Of a stretch of 64,000 nucleotides of DNA, positions 9,885-18,564 are shown piece after piece. The translations under genes were made by a program, and so were the position numbers. The notes under the pieces were generated by a model. The model saw nothing but the letters and a program-made list of their open reading frames with translations. It was not told the DNA's origin and searched no databases. Numbering within the stretch: the first letter of the stretch is position 1; each line of letters begins with the position of its first letter. The stretch is from Methylophilaceae bacterium (lineage in GTDB: Bacteria; Pseudomonadota; Gammaproteobacteria; Burkholderiales; Methylophilaceae): assembly GCA_036504995.1 (NCBI GenBank), contig DASXUG010000001.1, forward strand, positions 118,077 through 182,076, written 5' to 3'.

Positions 9885-10304
9885 ATGTACCAGCTTACGC
9901 ATCAAATTTCACTCAAAACACAAGGTCGTCGTTTGTACGATATTACGCCAGAGGTTTATCAATGGGCCGCGCAAAGTGGTGTAAAAACTGGTTTGCTTAA
10001 CCTTTACATACAACACACCTCTGCCAGTTTACTGATTAATGAGAATTATGATTCAGATGTGCTGGTGGATATGGAAAGTTTTTTTGCAAGACTAGTGCCT
10101 GATGGCGACAAACTGTTTATTCATACAGCCGAAGGGCGTGATGATATGCCCGCACATATCCGTAGTGCACTCACACAAACTAGCCTGAACATCCCCGTGA
10201 TTGAAGGAAAGTTGGCTTTAGGCACATGGCAAGGTGTTTTTTTATATGAGCATCGTTTCGCCAGCCATCAACGTCGAGTATTGCTACATTTAATTGGTGA
10301 GTAG
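9885..10304 (+). CDS. YjbQ/UPF0047 family protein (secondary thiamine-phosphate synthase-like)
   Basis: 139 aa. Pattern LLNLYIQHTSASLLINENYDSDV...HIRSALTQTSLNIPV...GTWQGVFLYEHR is characteristic of the YjbQ family. Confidence 0.8.
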   Translation: MYQLTHQISLKTQGRRLYDITPEVYQWAAQSGVKTGLLNLYIQHTSASLLINENYDSDVLVDMESFFARLVPDGDKLFIHTAEGRDDMPAHIRSALTQTSLNIPVIEGKLALGTWQGVFLYEHRFASHQRRVLLHLIGE

Positions 10305-10740
10305 GCGCTTGTTTACTACAATTTTAAAGTCGCGCCAGATAACATTACTTGAGCTGGGTCGTCCATTAAGTGCGCTGGAGAGGCAGCGCTATCAAGCATA
10401 CTTTTCAGCACAATTGTTAAATCAGGTGCGCGTGGTTGAAGAGGGCGTTAAACAACCCAATGGTCGCTTGGGTAAAGTGCCCTTCTGGCTATTTAAGCGG
10501 ATGCATGGAGTAGTGCTAGGTCATGTCATTTATTTCCGCAAAGGCGCATATCAAGCAGAAACGCCTACAGGTATTGAGTTATTAGCGCACGAATTAACCC
10601 ATGTGCAGCAATTTTTCTCTGGTATGACGATCGCTAAATACTTGTGGCAATCTCGTAAGGGTTATCGTAACAACCCATATGAGCAAGAGGCATATGCCAA
10701 TGGCGCGAGAATTTTCTGTGCTCTGAAAATGACTGATTAA
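10294..10740 (+). CDS. small DUF4157-like putative zinc-metallopeptidase domain protein
   Basis: LGHVIYFRKGAYQAETPTGIELLAHELTHVQQ matches the DUF4157 layout (G..I.F..G.Y.P....G..LLAHELTHV.Q, an HExxH-type motif). TTG/GTG start overlapping the yjbQ stop; the exact start is uncertain. Confidence 0.6.
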   Translation: MVSRRLFTTILKSRQITLLELGRPLSALERQRYQAYFSAQLLNQVRVVEEGVKQPNGRLGKVPFWLFKRMHGVVLGHVIYFRKGAYQAETPTGIELLAHELTHVQQFFSGMTIAKYLWQSRKGYRNNPYEQEAYANGARIFCALKMTD

Positions 10741-10775
10741 ATAAAAAAGCCCTGAAGCATTTTAGGGCTTCAGGG
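10741..10775 (-). terminator. intrinsic terminator oriented for the minus strand
   Basis: Stem CCCTGAAGC/GCTTCAGGG (10750-10758 / 10767-10775). On the minus strand it is followed by TTTTTTAT (plus-strand A-run 10743-10748). There is no T-run on the plus-strand side. Confidence 0.55.
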
Positions 10776-10885
10776 AGACTCGCAAGTATCATCCCTTGAC
10801 TCTGGGGAGATGACCAAGGGTGGAAAAACCACTGAACATGTTGCTTGTAATGGCAACATGGCCTAGGTTCAGGGCTTTTCCATAG
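10741..10885 (-). ncRNA. candidate structured small RNA or long 3'UTR element ending at the 10741-10775 terminator
   Basis: Several hairpins (10789-10813, 10820-10832, 10837-10860). 12-bp long-range complementarity between 10745-10756 and 10868-10879. AT-rich promoter-like DNA at 10890-10960. No ORF. Confidence 0.3.
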
Positions 10886-11049
10886 ATACAAAGTTTATTC
10901 TGCAATTGTTATGCCTACCCATATATTTTAATTAAGTTTATGATTTTTAATATAAATATATTTTTTCTGTGGGGTGTGTTGGCTGAATCTAGCCAGTGTG
11001 GTTGTGGGAGTTGGTTGTAATCAGTAAGTCAATAGAGATGGTATAAATA

Positions 11050-11078
11050 ACAAAGCCCTCATTTGAGGACTTTGTTAT
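11050..11078 (-). terminator. hairpin downstream of the PepSY gene
   Basis: AACAAAGCCCTCA-N3-TGAGGACTTTGTT, a 13-bp stem with one G-U position, 33 nt after the stop codon of the minus-strand gene. Confidence 0.4.
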
Positions 11079-11110
11079 GATTGAAACTTTAGCGATGATA
11101 AGGCTTAAGC

Positions 11111-11632
11111 TTACTCTTTACCGATTTGGTAAATTTCTTTGCTATGCTCAACTACCTTGCCAGTTGTGGCGTCTACTTCGGTTTTAATTTCGCCATCTTT
11201 GGTTTTAATATCAAACTCATATGAAGCCGCGCCATCAGCCTCGATTTCATATTCAGTTTCTACAACTTCACCTGGGAAGGCAGCTAAAGCCGTTTTCTTG
11301 GCTTCTTCTTCCGTCACTTTAAGTTTTGCTTTAAACAGCGGATCATCCACATTTTTAACTTCTTGCTCAACTTCTGTGACTTTGCCAGTGAGTGTGCTGA
11401 CTTCAATATCCCACGCTTTACCATCAGGCGTTTCAATATCAAATTCGTAAACAGGCACTTTCCCTTCGATTTTAAGTTCGGCTTTTACAACGGTGCCAGC
11501 TTTTTCTTTAAGCGCAGCAGATAAGCATTTTTCAATGCCTACCTTAATTTTTGGCAAAGCCGTCTCTGCGGCTTGAGTGCTAGTGAAGGCAAAAGCACTG
11601 GCCAATACTGTGATGATTGCGAGTTGTTTCAT
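11111..11632 (-). CDS. periplasmic tandem PepSY-domain protein
   Basis: Signal peptide [21 protein letters not shown]. Two repeats of the PepSY-like pattern ([25 protein letters not shown] and [24 protein letters not shown]). Confidence 0.75.
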   Translation of the reverse strand: MKQLAIITVLASAFAFTSTQAAETALPKIKVGIEKCLSAALKEKAGTVVKAELKIEGKVPVYEFDIETPDGKAWDIEVSTLTGKVTEVEQEVKNVDDPLFKAKLKVTEEEAKKTALAAFPGEVVETEYEIEADGAASYEFDIKTKDGEIKTEVDATTGKVVEHSKEIYQIGKE

Positions 11633-11865
11633 GAGTAATTCCTTTCTATGGTGACAATTAGTTTGGGCAACTAACTAAAGCCATCTACCTAGGCATAGGT
11701 GGACTGATGGTACCACAGGGGATTTCACTCACAAGTTAGCGAGTATCAGTTTTACAACTTAATACATTTAGTTACTTTTTTGAAAGAAATGCGATGATAA
11801 ATTAACGCACTTAGGCGTCTAGAGGTGATAGCACGCGAATATTAAGCTGCCACTCTATCCATAGT

Positions 11866-14800
11866 CTAATTTGTTTGCTTTTTCTCAAAACGCCCGAAAT
11901 GCAACATGATCGTTGGTAAAATAAGTAGGTTTAAAATAGTAGACGTGACTAAGCCGCCAACAATAATAGTTGCCATTGGCCCTTCAATTTCTCGTCCAGG
12001 TTGTCCGCTACCTGCGGCAAGTGGCAGCAAGCCTAGGGCGGTGACGAGCGCTGTCATTAGAATGGAAGGCAAGCGTTCTGAGGCGCCGCGAATCGCTGTT
12101 TCTAAGCCCCAAACCATATTTTCTTCTTCCACTAAATGCTGGTAATGCGAAACCAGCATAATGGAGTTGCGTAAGGTGATGCCAAACAGCGTAACAAACC
12201 CTACTAGTGAGCCAAGTGAAATCCAGCCACCTGTGAACATCACGGCCAACACGCCACCAATTAGTGCAAAGGGCAGGTTGGCAAAGGTGAGTAGTAAATT
12301 GCGTAAGCGCCCAAAAGCCACATATAACATAAGAAAAATGCCAACAATGGCAAGTATGGAGTGCACAATCAGATCTTCACGCGACTGGGCTTGCGCCTCC
12401 GCCTCGCCTGTGAATTCTAGGTAGTTGCCCGCCGCCAAATGCACTTCACTATGCATGCGTTTTTTCATTTCATCTGAGAAGCTTTGAATATCCCGCCCTA
12501 CCACATTGGCGGTGACCGTTTGAATGCGTTTTGCGCCTGCGTGTAAGATTTTTGAGCGGCCGTTTTCTTGCCGTATATCGGCGACCTCTGCTAAGGGTAT
12601 TAGTTTGCCCTCATTGTTCATTAAGGGGAGTTCCCCTATTGATTGCGTGTTGTTGCGCAGGGTTGGATCTAACGTCATGCTGACGCCAATGACGCGTCCA
12701 CTTTGATAGACTTGCGCGATAGGCAAGCTGTCGTAAGCGGCTCTAATATTGTCTAACACATCGACGGATGACAGCCCCCATTGCGCGAGTTTGTCTTGGC
12801 GTAAGCTAATCGTGAGTTGCGGTGTGCCTGGTGGGGATTGTACGAGCACATCACGTACCCCGTTGATGCTGGATAGTGTTGTCGCCACCGCTTGCGCATC
12901 GCGGTCTAGGGCATCTAGGTCACGTCCATAGATATTGATGACTTGTGATGAGGTATAGCCCGAAATGGTTTCTTCAATGCGCTCGGTTAGAAAGGTGTTG
13001 ATGGCAAAGTTCACGCCAACAAAGCCAGCTGGCTTAGGGCCATCTTCGTCATTGTCGATGTTTTCATCGTCTATGCCCGATAGCCGCTCGCGAATTTCCG
13101 ACAAAATACGGTTTTGCTCTTCGCCAGAAAGCGTGCCAATTTCAATTTCAAATTCGCTATAGTGTGTGCCAAAAGTGTCTGCTGCGTTCGGGGCGCGTCC
13201 GACCCATTGTGCAATCGAGCGTACCCCTTTGATTTGTCTAATGGATTCCGCTACTTTTTTGCCGATGCGTACCGACTCTTGCTCAGACGTGCCTGGTACC
13301 AAGGTCATATGCATAATGAAATGACCCTCGTGCAGATTGGGGATAAATTGTGTTTTGAATAAAGGCAGTAGCGCCAAGCCTAAGCTAATCAAAATCAAAC
13401 TGAGGGCGATAATCAGCTTGTGTTTCTTTTCAATATTAACCAGCAGCTTTACATAACCACGTTTAATGTTGCGGATGAGCGGGGAGTCTTCATCTTCTAA
13501 TTTTGCATGCCCAAGTAATAGATAGCACAGTGCTGGCGTCAGGGTGAGGGCAACGGCAAGCGAGGCTAAAATGGCCGTGATATAAGCAATGCCAAGCGGT
13601 GCAAACAATTTGCCAGCAACGCCGCTTAATGTGAGTAAGGGCATAAATACCAGCGCGACAATAAAAGTGGCATACACTACAGAGCTACGCACCTCAATCG
13701 ATGCGTTAAACACGACTAGATGCACTGGTACTGGGTTTGCCAGCGTACGGTTCTCACGTAGACGTCTAAAAATATTTTCGGTGTCGATAATGGCGTCATC
13801 AACCACTTCCCCCAAAGCAATCGCAAGCCCGCCCAATACCATGATATTGAGGCCCATACCAAAATAACCTAAAACTACGACAGCGGTAAGCAAAGACAGG
13901 GGAATTGCAGTGGTGGAAATAAAGGCAGTACGCGCATTAAATAAGAATAAAAACAACACAATAATCACTAGTATAGAGCCAACCAAAATGTCTTTTTGCA
14001 CCCCGCTAATGGCAGTTTCAATAAAGTTGGCAGGTCGAAACAACTTGCTGTTAAGTGTGACATGTTCGGCCGCTATGGTGGGCTCAAGGGCGGTAAGCGC
14101 CTTTTCCAAGTTTTGTGTGACGCCGTCAGTATTTGCACCTAATTGACTTTGTACTGATAAATAAATGCCATCTTTACCATTGATGATGGCGGCACTAATC
14201 GAAGGGGCGGGGGCTTCCGTGACATTGGCAACATCGCCCAAACGTATTGTTTGCCCGTTTTGGTGTAATAAAGTGCTTTGCGCTAATTGTGCAGGTGTGA
14301 GGGTTTGACCTTCGCTATTGATAATAATGCGTTGATTGTTGTTCTCAATAAAGCCTGCGCCACGAACACCAGTGGCTTTAGTGACGGCTTGACTCACCTG
14401 CTGCAGTGACAAGTTATAACGCGTTAATTTTGCAGGGTTGATTTGCACCTGTAATTGCCTAACTTCCCCACCAAATACATTGACATCGGCAACCCCTTTT
14501 ACAGCGAGCAAATGGGGGCGTATCGTCCAATCAACCAAAGTACGTAAATCCATCAAACTGCGGGTATTAGAGGTTAGCCCTATGCCTAAAACGGTGCTGG
14601 CGGAAGATGCTAACGGCGTAATGGTGGGGGTGATGCCGTTCGGCAACTGGTTATTGGCTGCGCTTAAGTGCTCAGCAATCAGTTGGCGACAACGGTAGAT
14701 GTCGGTACTTCCATCAAAAATCACCGTGACCACCGACAAGCCTGGAATGGATTGTGAACGCATGCTTGCAATGCCGACCGTTCCAGCAATGCTGTTTTCG

Positions 14801-15006
14801 ATAGGTTGTGTGACTAAGGACTCTACCAAGGCGGCAGACAATCCAGCCGATTCGGTTTGAATCACGACTTGCGTGGGTGAAAACTCTGGAAAAACATCTA
14901 AATTGCTACGTGTTAAGCTATAAATGCCATAGATGACGACCAAGCAGGCAAGGCCAATCATGACGCCACTATAACGAATGGCGAAACGTACCAAGGCCGA
15001 CATCAT
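11866..15006 (-). CDS. RND efflux permease, CzcA/CusA-like (heavy-metal efflux type)
   Basis: 1046 aa with the 12-TM RND architecture. N-terminal DVFPEFSPTQVVIQTE block. Gene order OMF-MFP-RND as in czcCBA. The substrate is not determinable from sequence. Confidence 0.85.
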   Translation of the reverse strand: MMSALVRFAIRYSGVMIGLACLVVIYGIYSLTRSNLDVFPEFSPTQVVIQTESAGLSAALVESLVTQPIENSIAGTVGIASMRSQSIPGLSVVTVIFDGSTDIYRCRQLIAEHLSAANNQLPNGITPTITPLASSASTVLGIGLTSNTRSLMDLRTLVDWTIRPHLLAVKGVADVNVFGGEVRQLQVQINPAKLTRYNLSLQQVSQAVTKATGVRGAGFIENNNQRIIINSEGQTLTPAQLAQSTLLHQNGQTIRLGDVANVTEAPAPSISAAIINGKDGIYLSVQSQLGANTDGVTQNLEKALTALEPTIAAEHVTLNSKLFRPANFIETAISGVQKDILVGSILVIIVLFLFLFNARTAFISTTAIPLSLLTAVVVLGYFGMGLNIMVLGGLAIALGEVVDDAIIDTENIFRRLRENRTLANPVPVHLVVFNASIEVRSSVVYATFIVALVFMPLLTLSGVAGKLFAPLGIAYITAILASLAVALTLTPALCYLLLGHAKLEDEDSPLIRNIKRGYVKLLVNIEKKHKLIIALSLILISLGLALLPLFKTQFIPNLHEGHFIMHMTLVPGTSEQESVRIGKKVAESIRQIKGVRSIAQWVGRAPNAADTFGTHYSEFEIEIGTLSGEEQNRILSEIRERLSGIDDENIDNDEDGPKPAGFVGVNFAINTFLTERIEETISGYTSSQVINIYGRDLDALDRDAQAVATTLSSINGVRDVLVQSPPGTPQLTISLRQDKLAQWGLSSVDVLDNIRAAYDSLPIAQVYQSGRVIGVSMTLDPTLRNNTQSIGELPLMNNEGKLIPLAEVADIRQENGRSKILHAGAKRIQTVTANVVGRDIQSFSDEMKKRMHSEVHLAAGNYLEFTGEAEAQAQSREDLIVHSILAIVGIFLMLYVAFGRLRNLLLTFANLPFALIGGVLAVMFTGGWISLGSLVGFVTLFGITLRNSIMLVSHYQHLVEEENMVWGLETAIRGASERLPSILMTALVTALGLLPLAAGSGQPGREIEGPMATIIVGGLVTSTILNLLILPTIMLHFGRFEKKQTN

Positions 15007-15019
15007 GCTAGCTGACCTT

Positions 15020-15182
15020 TAACTGTCGTTTTAGCGCTGACATAACGCGCTGCGCGCATTAGTATGCACTGAAACGCAGATGCTTTATGTGGGCTAATCT
15101 TCGTTTTGGCTCCGACATCACACGCTACGCGTATGAGTCTGCACCGAAACTCAGATGCTCTACCTGTTTTAATCTTCGTTTT
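15020..15182. repeat. tandem repeat, 75-nt period, two full copies plus a truncated third, spanning the MFP stop codon to the RND ribosome-binding site
   Basis: Units 15039-15107 and 15114-15182 match at 55 of 69 positions by hand alignment. The leading motif (minus strand) AAAACGAAGATTA recurs at 15170-15182 and 15095-15107, and as AAAACGACAGTTA at 15020-15032. Confidence 0.8.
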
Positions 15183-16245
15183 CATTTTTAATTTGGGATT
15201 TAAACTCTTCGGAAAGTAGCAGTTGCGCGCCACTCGTGACTATTTCATCATCGACTTTAAATTTAGCCCCATTCAGCCAACCACCATTCACCTCCTTGTT
15301 GGTTTCGATAGGTAGGCGCATAAATTTTTCAGTCGTTTGTTTTTGATAAACCCAAGCCTTACCGCCATACCACACCACTGCATTGTTGGGGATAATCACG
15401 CCTTGTGCATCTGCTTTTGATGGTTTGTTCGGTAATTGCACGCCAACCCGCATACCCGCACGCAGATTGCCAGCGGGTGCGCGATAAAAGTAGGTTTCGC
15501 CTTGTACCGTACCATCTGCTTTGGGTGCGCTTGAGACCAGTTTTGCTGGTATGCTGATATGCGTGTTCGATACGCTGGCAGGGAAAATAGACAGGGTGTC
15601 GGGTGCTGTGCCGCTGGTGTGGTCAAAAGGGATTACCACTTGCACTAGCAGTTCCTTGTGTTGCAACAAGGACTCAAAACTAGCGTTGGTGGAAGTTTGC
15701 GTGGCCAGTTGAGTTAGCGTTTCCCCCCATGTTTGACGCATATTGTTTTGTATATTGCTGGCTTGTGTTTCAGCGGCTTGCGCCTTGGCTTGGTCTGCCT
15801 TAAATGCTGCCTGAGCTGCAGCGACCACTCGGTCAGATACATTGCGATCATCTTGATTTAAGGCGCTGAGCCGTTGAAACTCTTGCTGGCTATTGGTCAA
15901 AGAGGCCCTTGCAATAGTGGCCTCAGCCTTTGCGTTCAAATATTGGCTGCGTAGCTCAATCAGTGTGTCAATGCTCAATACGTTGCCTAAAGACTTAAGG
16001 GTTTCTTGTGCCACGCCAGCTTGTAGTTTTGTGGTTTTTATTTCACTTTGTTGCTGCATAGCCGTGCTTAAAGTCACCACGGTTGCCCCTAGCTCAGTGC
16101 CAACACGACTAGGCGCTTCTATTTCCTCTGTTTGTTCTCTGGTGTAGGCTTCGTATTCGTCTTTGCCATAAAATACTAACACCCAAAACAAAATAACTAT
16201 CAGCAGGGCCTGTAAGCCAATAATAATGGCAAGTTTACGATTCAT
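15169..16245 (-). CDS. RND efflux periplasmic adaptor (membrane fusion protein, HlyD/CzcB family)
   Basis: 358 aa. N-terminal membrane anchor LAIIIGLQALLIVILFWVLVF, central coiled-coil hairpin, C-terminal beta domains. Positioned between the OMF and RND genes. Confidence 0.85.
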   Translation of the reverse strand: MNRKLAIIIGLQALLIVILFWVLVFYGKDEYEAYTREQTEEIEAPSRVGTELGATVVTLSTAMQQQSEIKTTKLQAGVAQETLKSLGNVLSIDTLIELRSQYLNAKAEATIARASLTNSQQEFQRLSALNQDDRNVSDRVVAAAQAAFKADQAKAQAAETQASNIQNNMRQTWGETLTQLATQTSTNASFESLLQHKELLVQVVIPFDHTSGTAPDTLSIFPASVSNTHISIPAKLVSSAPKADGTVQGETYFYRAPAGNLRAGMRVGVQLPNKPSKADAQGVIIPNNAVVWYGGKAWVYQKQTTEKFMRLPIETNKEVNGGWLNGAKFKVDDEIVTSGAQLLLSEEFKSQIKNENED

Positions 16246-16284
16246 GGCGGTCGCTTCTCATTCGGAAAATTTTAAATATCGCTT

Positions 16285-17772
16285 TCATTTGGGATTAATA
16301 GTGTTGCGATTCAATGACTGATCCTCAATGCTACTTGTGATGTCACGCGCACTATCCATTGGATATTGCATTGCGTCTTCTAATTCGGTAATAGCCAGCG
16401 CTAATTGATAAGCGCTAGTTAACACATTTTGTGTGGCGGAAATATTTTCTAACTGAGTATTTGCTAACTCTAAACGATCTATTTGGCCCGCATCGAACTG
16501 GCGTTGTGATTTCTGACTGCGGGCTTGCAGTGCTTGTGCGTAATCCTGTGCTTGTTGAAATGCAGCGTTCGCGGTCGCAATCATCGCCTTGCTTTGCGTA
16601 AGTTGGCTGATCACACTGGCTTGCAAGACCTCAAATTTAGCTGCTTCGACCTCACGCAAAGCACGCGCCTCTTCAATTAGCCCGCGATTTTTGTGAATGA
16701 GCGTGAGCAAGCTAGACAAGCCTAAAGACCATACATGGTCGTTTTGGTCAAAGGTGTAGCTCGGGCTAAGTACAATATTTGGATATTGCCTTGCAATTTC
16801 TATTCGCAATTTAGCCTCACTAGCGGCGTAACGGGCTAAGGCGGCACGAATATCTAAGCGGTTAAGTAGCGCGGTTTGTTGTAATTGCTCATTGTTAAAC
16901 AACGGCTCACTTTGAGTAAAAGCGCTCGTCGAGACCTCAATTTTTGCGATATTTAATTGACTGAAAGTAGACAGTGGTAAGCCAGCATCACTTGCCAGCT
17001 TGGCGCTAAGCTCAACAATCCGACCAGTGTTTTGTGACCACTGCTGTTGTGCTTTTTGTAAGCCCAAGCGTGCGTTTGTAACCTCAACACTCGAAGCTGC
17101 GCCTGCGGCTAAGCGCTTTTCCAGCATCGCTACAATCGATTTTCTTATGGCTAATTCTTTTTCCAAGGGTGCGGTTTGTAAGCTTGCATATTGAAACGCT
17201 AACCAGCTTTTTGTTAAGCGGCTACGTACTTGCCACGCTGTTTGTCCAATTTGTAAGCGCGCGGCTTCAGATAGCTGAATTGCGCGGTCAATACGAGCCT
17301 CACGCTTGCCTGCTGTTTCTATGGGTATGTCTATGCCAACGCCTAATGTCCACGGAGAAACATCCCCGTCGGTTTTGCTGTGATTGCCGATACCGCCAGA
17401 AACGCCAAGCTCCGCCCGTTGTGAGGCTGTGGATTGCTCCGCCATTGCCGCGCGCCACTCGGCACGTGATAAATTAAGGTCAGGATGAAAAAACAACGCA
17501 CACAGCGTAAGTTCTTTTATCCCCCATTGTGTAATCGGGAGCTGTGTTTCGCTGTAGTTCTGGCTGATTAAAAACTGCTTAAACCCTTCGCCATCAGGTG
17601 TGCGTGCAAGGTATTGTGATTGCTGTTGTTGAGGGTCTATCGGTTTTGCTTGGTAACGCTGAAAGCCGCAGGCTGTAGCAATGCTGGCGATTAAGCAGAC
17701 AACAACACACAGCTTAACGCTGCGATAGCCTCTGGATTGCGGAGTTTTATTTTTTATTGATATGCTAGACAT
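16285..17772 (-). CDS. outer-membrane efflux lipoprotein (TolC/NodT/CzcC family)
   Basis: 495 aa. Lipobox IATACG. Two long helical-repeat halves typical of outer membrane factor proteins. Confidence 0.85.
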   Translation of the reverse strand: MSSISIKNKTPQSRGYRSVKLCVVVCLIASIATACGFQRYQAKPIDPQQQQSQYLARTPDGEGFKQFLISQNYSETQLPITQWGIKELTLCALFFHPDLNLSRAEWRAAMAEQSTASQRAELGVSGGIGNHSKTDGDVSPWTLGVGIDIPIETAGKREARIDRAIQLSEAARLQIGQTAWQVRSRLTKSWLAFQYASLQTAPLEKELAIRKSIVAMLEKRLAAGAASSVEVTNARLGLQKAQQQWSQNTGRIVELSAKLASDAGLPLSTFSQLNIAKIEVSTSAFTQSEPLFNNEQLQQTALLNRLDIRAALARYAASEAKLRIEIARQYPNIVLSPSYTFDQNDHVWSLGLSSLLTLIHKNRGLIEEARALREVEAAKFEVLQASVISQLTQSKAMIATANAAFQQAQDYAQALQARSQKSQRQFDAGQIDRLELANTQLENISATQNVLTSAYQLALAITELEDAMQYPMDSARDITSSIEDQSLNRNTINPK

Positions 17773-17865
17773 GCTTCCTCACCTTGACCGAATATTACAT
17801 GCACGGCGGGTGAGGGGCAATTTTTACTTGCTACTTATATGGTATTGCAGGGGAGTTGAAAGGCT

Positions 17866-18114
17866 TTATTGAATGATTTCTGCGTGCACCGAGGCAAGCG
17901 CATCTTGCAGAGACTCCTCACTGAGCGAGTTGATGCTCGCAGCGAGTAATTCTGCCGCCTCTACAGTACCCTGAGGCAAGTCGTGACTATCTAACTCGGC
18001 AACCAAGCCAGCAGCGGCACCTGTTACTTTAAGCAGGGCGGTACGCTCTTTCATGAGCAGTTCAACTTCTGCGCGTAACATATTAATTTCGTCTTGATTG
18101 ATGGTGCTATGCAT
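17866..18114 (-). CDS. small acidic coiled-coil protein, unknown function
   Basis: 82-aa ORF 93 nt upstream of, and co-directional with, the efflux operon. No signal peptide. No family recognised. Confidence 0.4.
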   Translation of the reverse strand: MHSTINQDEINMLRAEVELLMKERTALLKVTGAAAGLVAELDSHDLPQGTVEAAELLAASINSLSEESLQDALASVHAEIIQ

Positions 18115-18450
18115 ATATGCTTTCTGATTTTGGTAATGTTCTTAAAATTTAATGCTTACAAATTTTAGCTATGTAATTGTTGCTAAACGAGCATCTTGCT
18201 ACTAGCGGCAGGTGGTGTCAATCTAAGGGTGGTGAATGTGGATTAATCTTGCCAAATTTAGAGACAAACAAACACTTTTAGTTGAAGAATGTTGGATTTC
18301 TAGTTTTCCTGACGCACAGAGTAAGTTACAATAGCATCGTTTTATCGATTTGAAGATCAAATAGGCATCTAAAGTGGTTTATAATGTTGGATTAATTTAC
18401 ATTGAAACCTTTAGTTAGGCCCACACAGACATATTATTTTATTGCAACCT

Positions 18451-18535
18451 GCGAAAGTGGCGAAATTGGTAGACGCACTGGATTTAGGTTCCAGCGCCGC
18501 AAGGCGTGAGAGTTCGAGTCTCTCCTTTCGCACCA
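18451..18535 (+). tRNA. tRNA-Leu (anticodon TAG)
   Basis: Acceptor GCGAAAG/CTTTCGC. Anticodon stem CTGGA/TCCAG with loop TTTAGGT. Long variable arm. T-arm GAGAG-TTCGAGT-CTCTC. Encoded CCA. Confidence 0.92.
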
Positions 18536-18564
18536 AACTCATTAAGTATTAAGGATTACAGCAC

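Noticed and set aside
15003-15233. A 76-aa minus-strand ORF reads through the 75-nt repeats, giving 25-aa peptide repeats, and its TGA overlaps the RND ATG.
   Set aside because: The ORF starts inside the MFP coding region in another frame, with no evident Shine-Dalgarno sequence. Comparing the two repeat copies codon by codon in this frame gives about 14 changed codons (two full units plus the 2-codon spacers), and only 2 are synonymous. That argues against selection on this reading frame. I treat it as non-coding repeat DNA.
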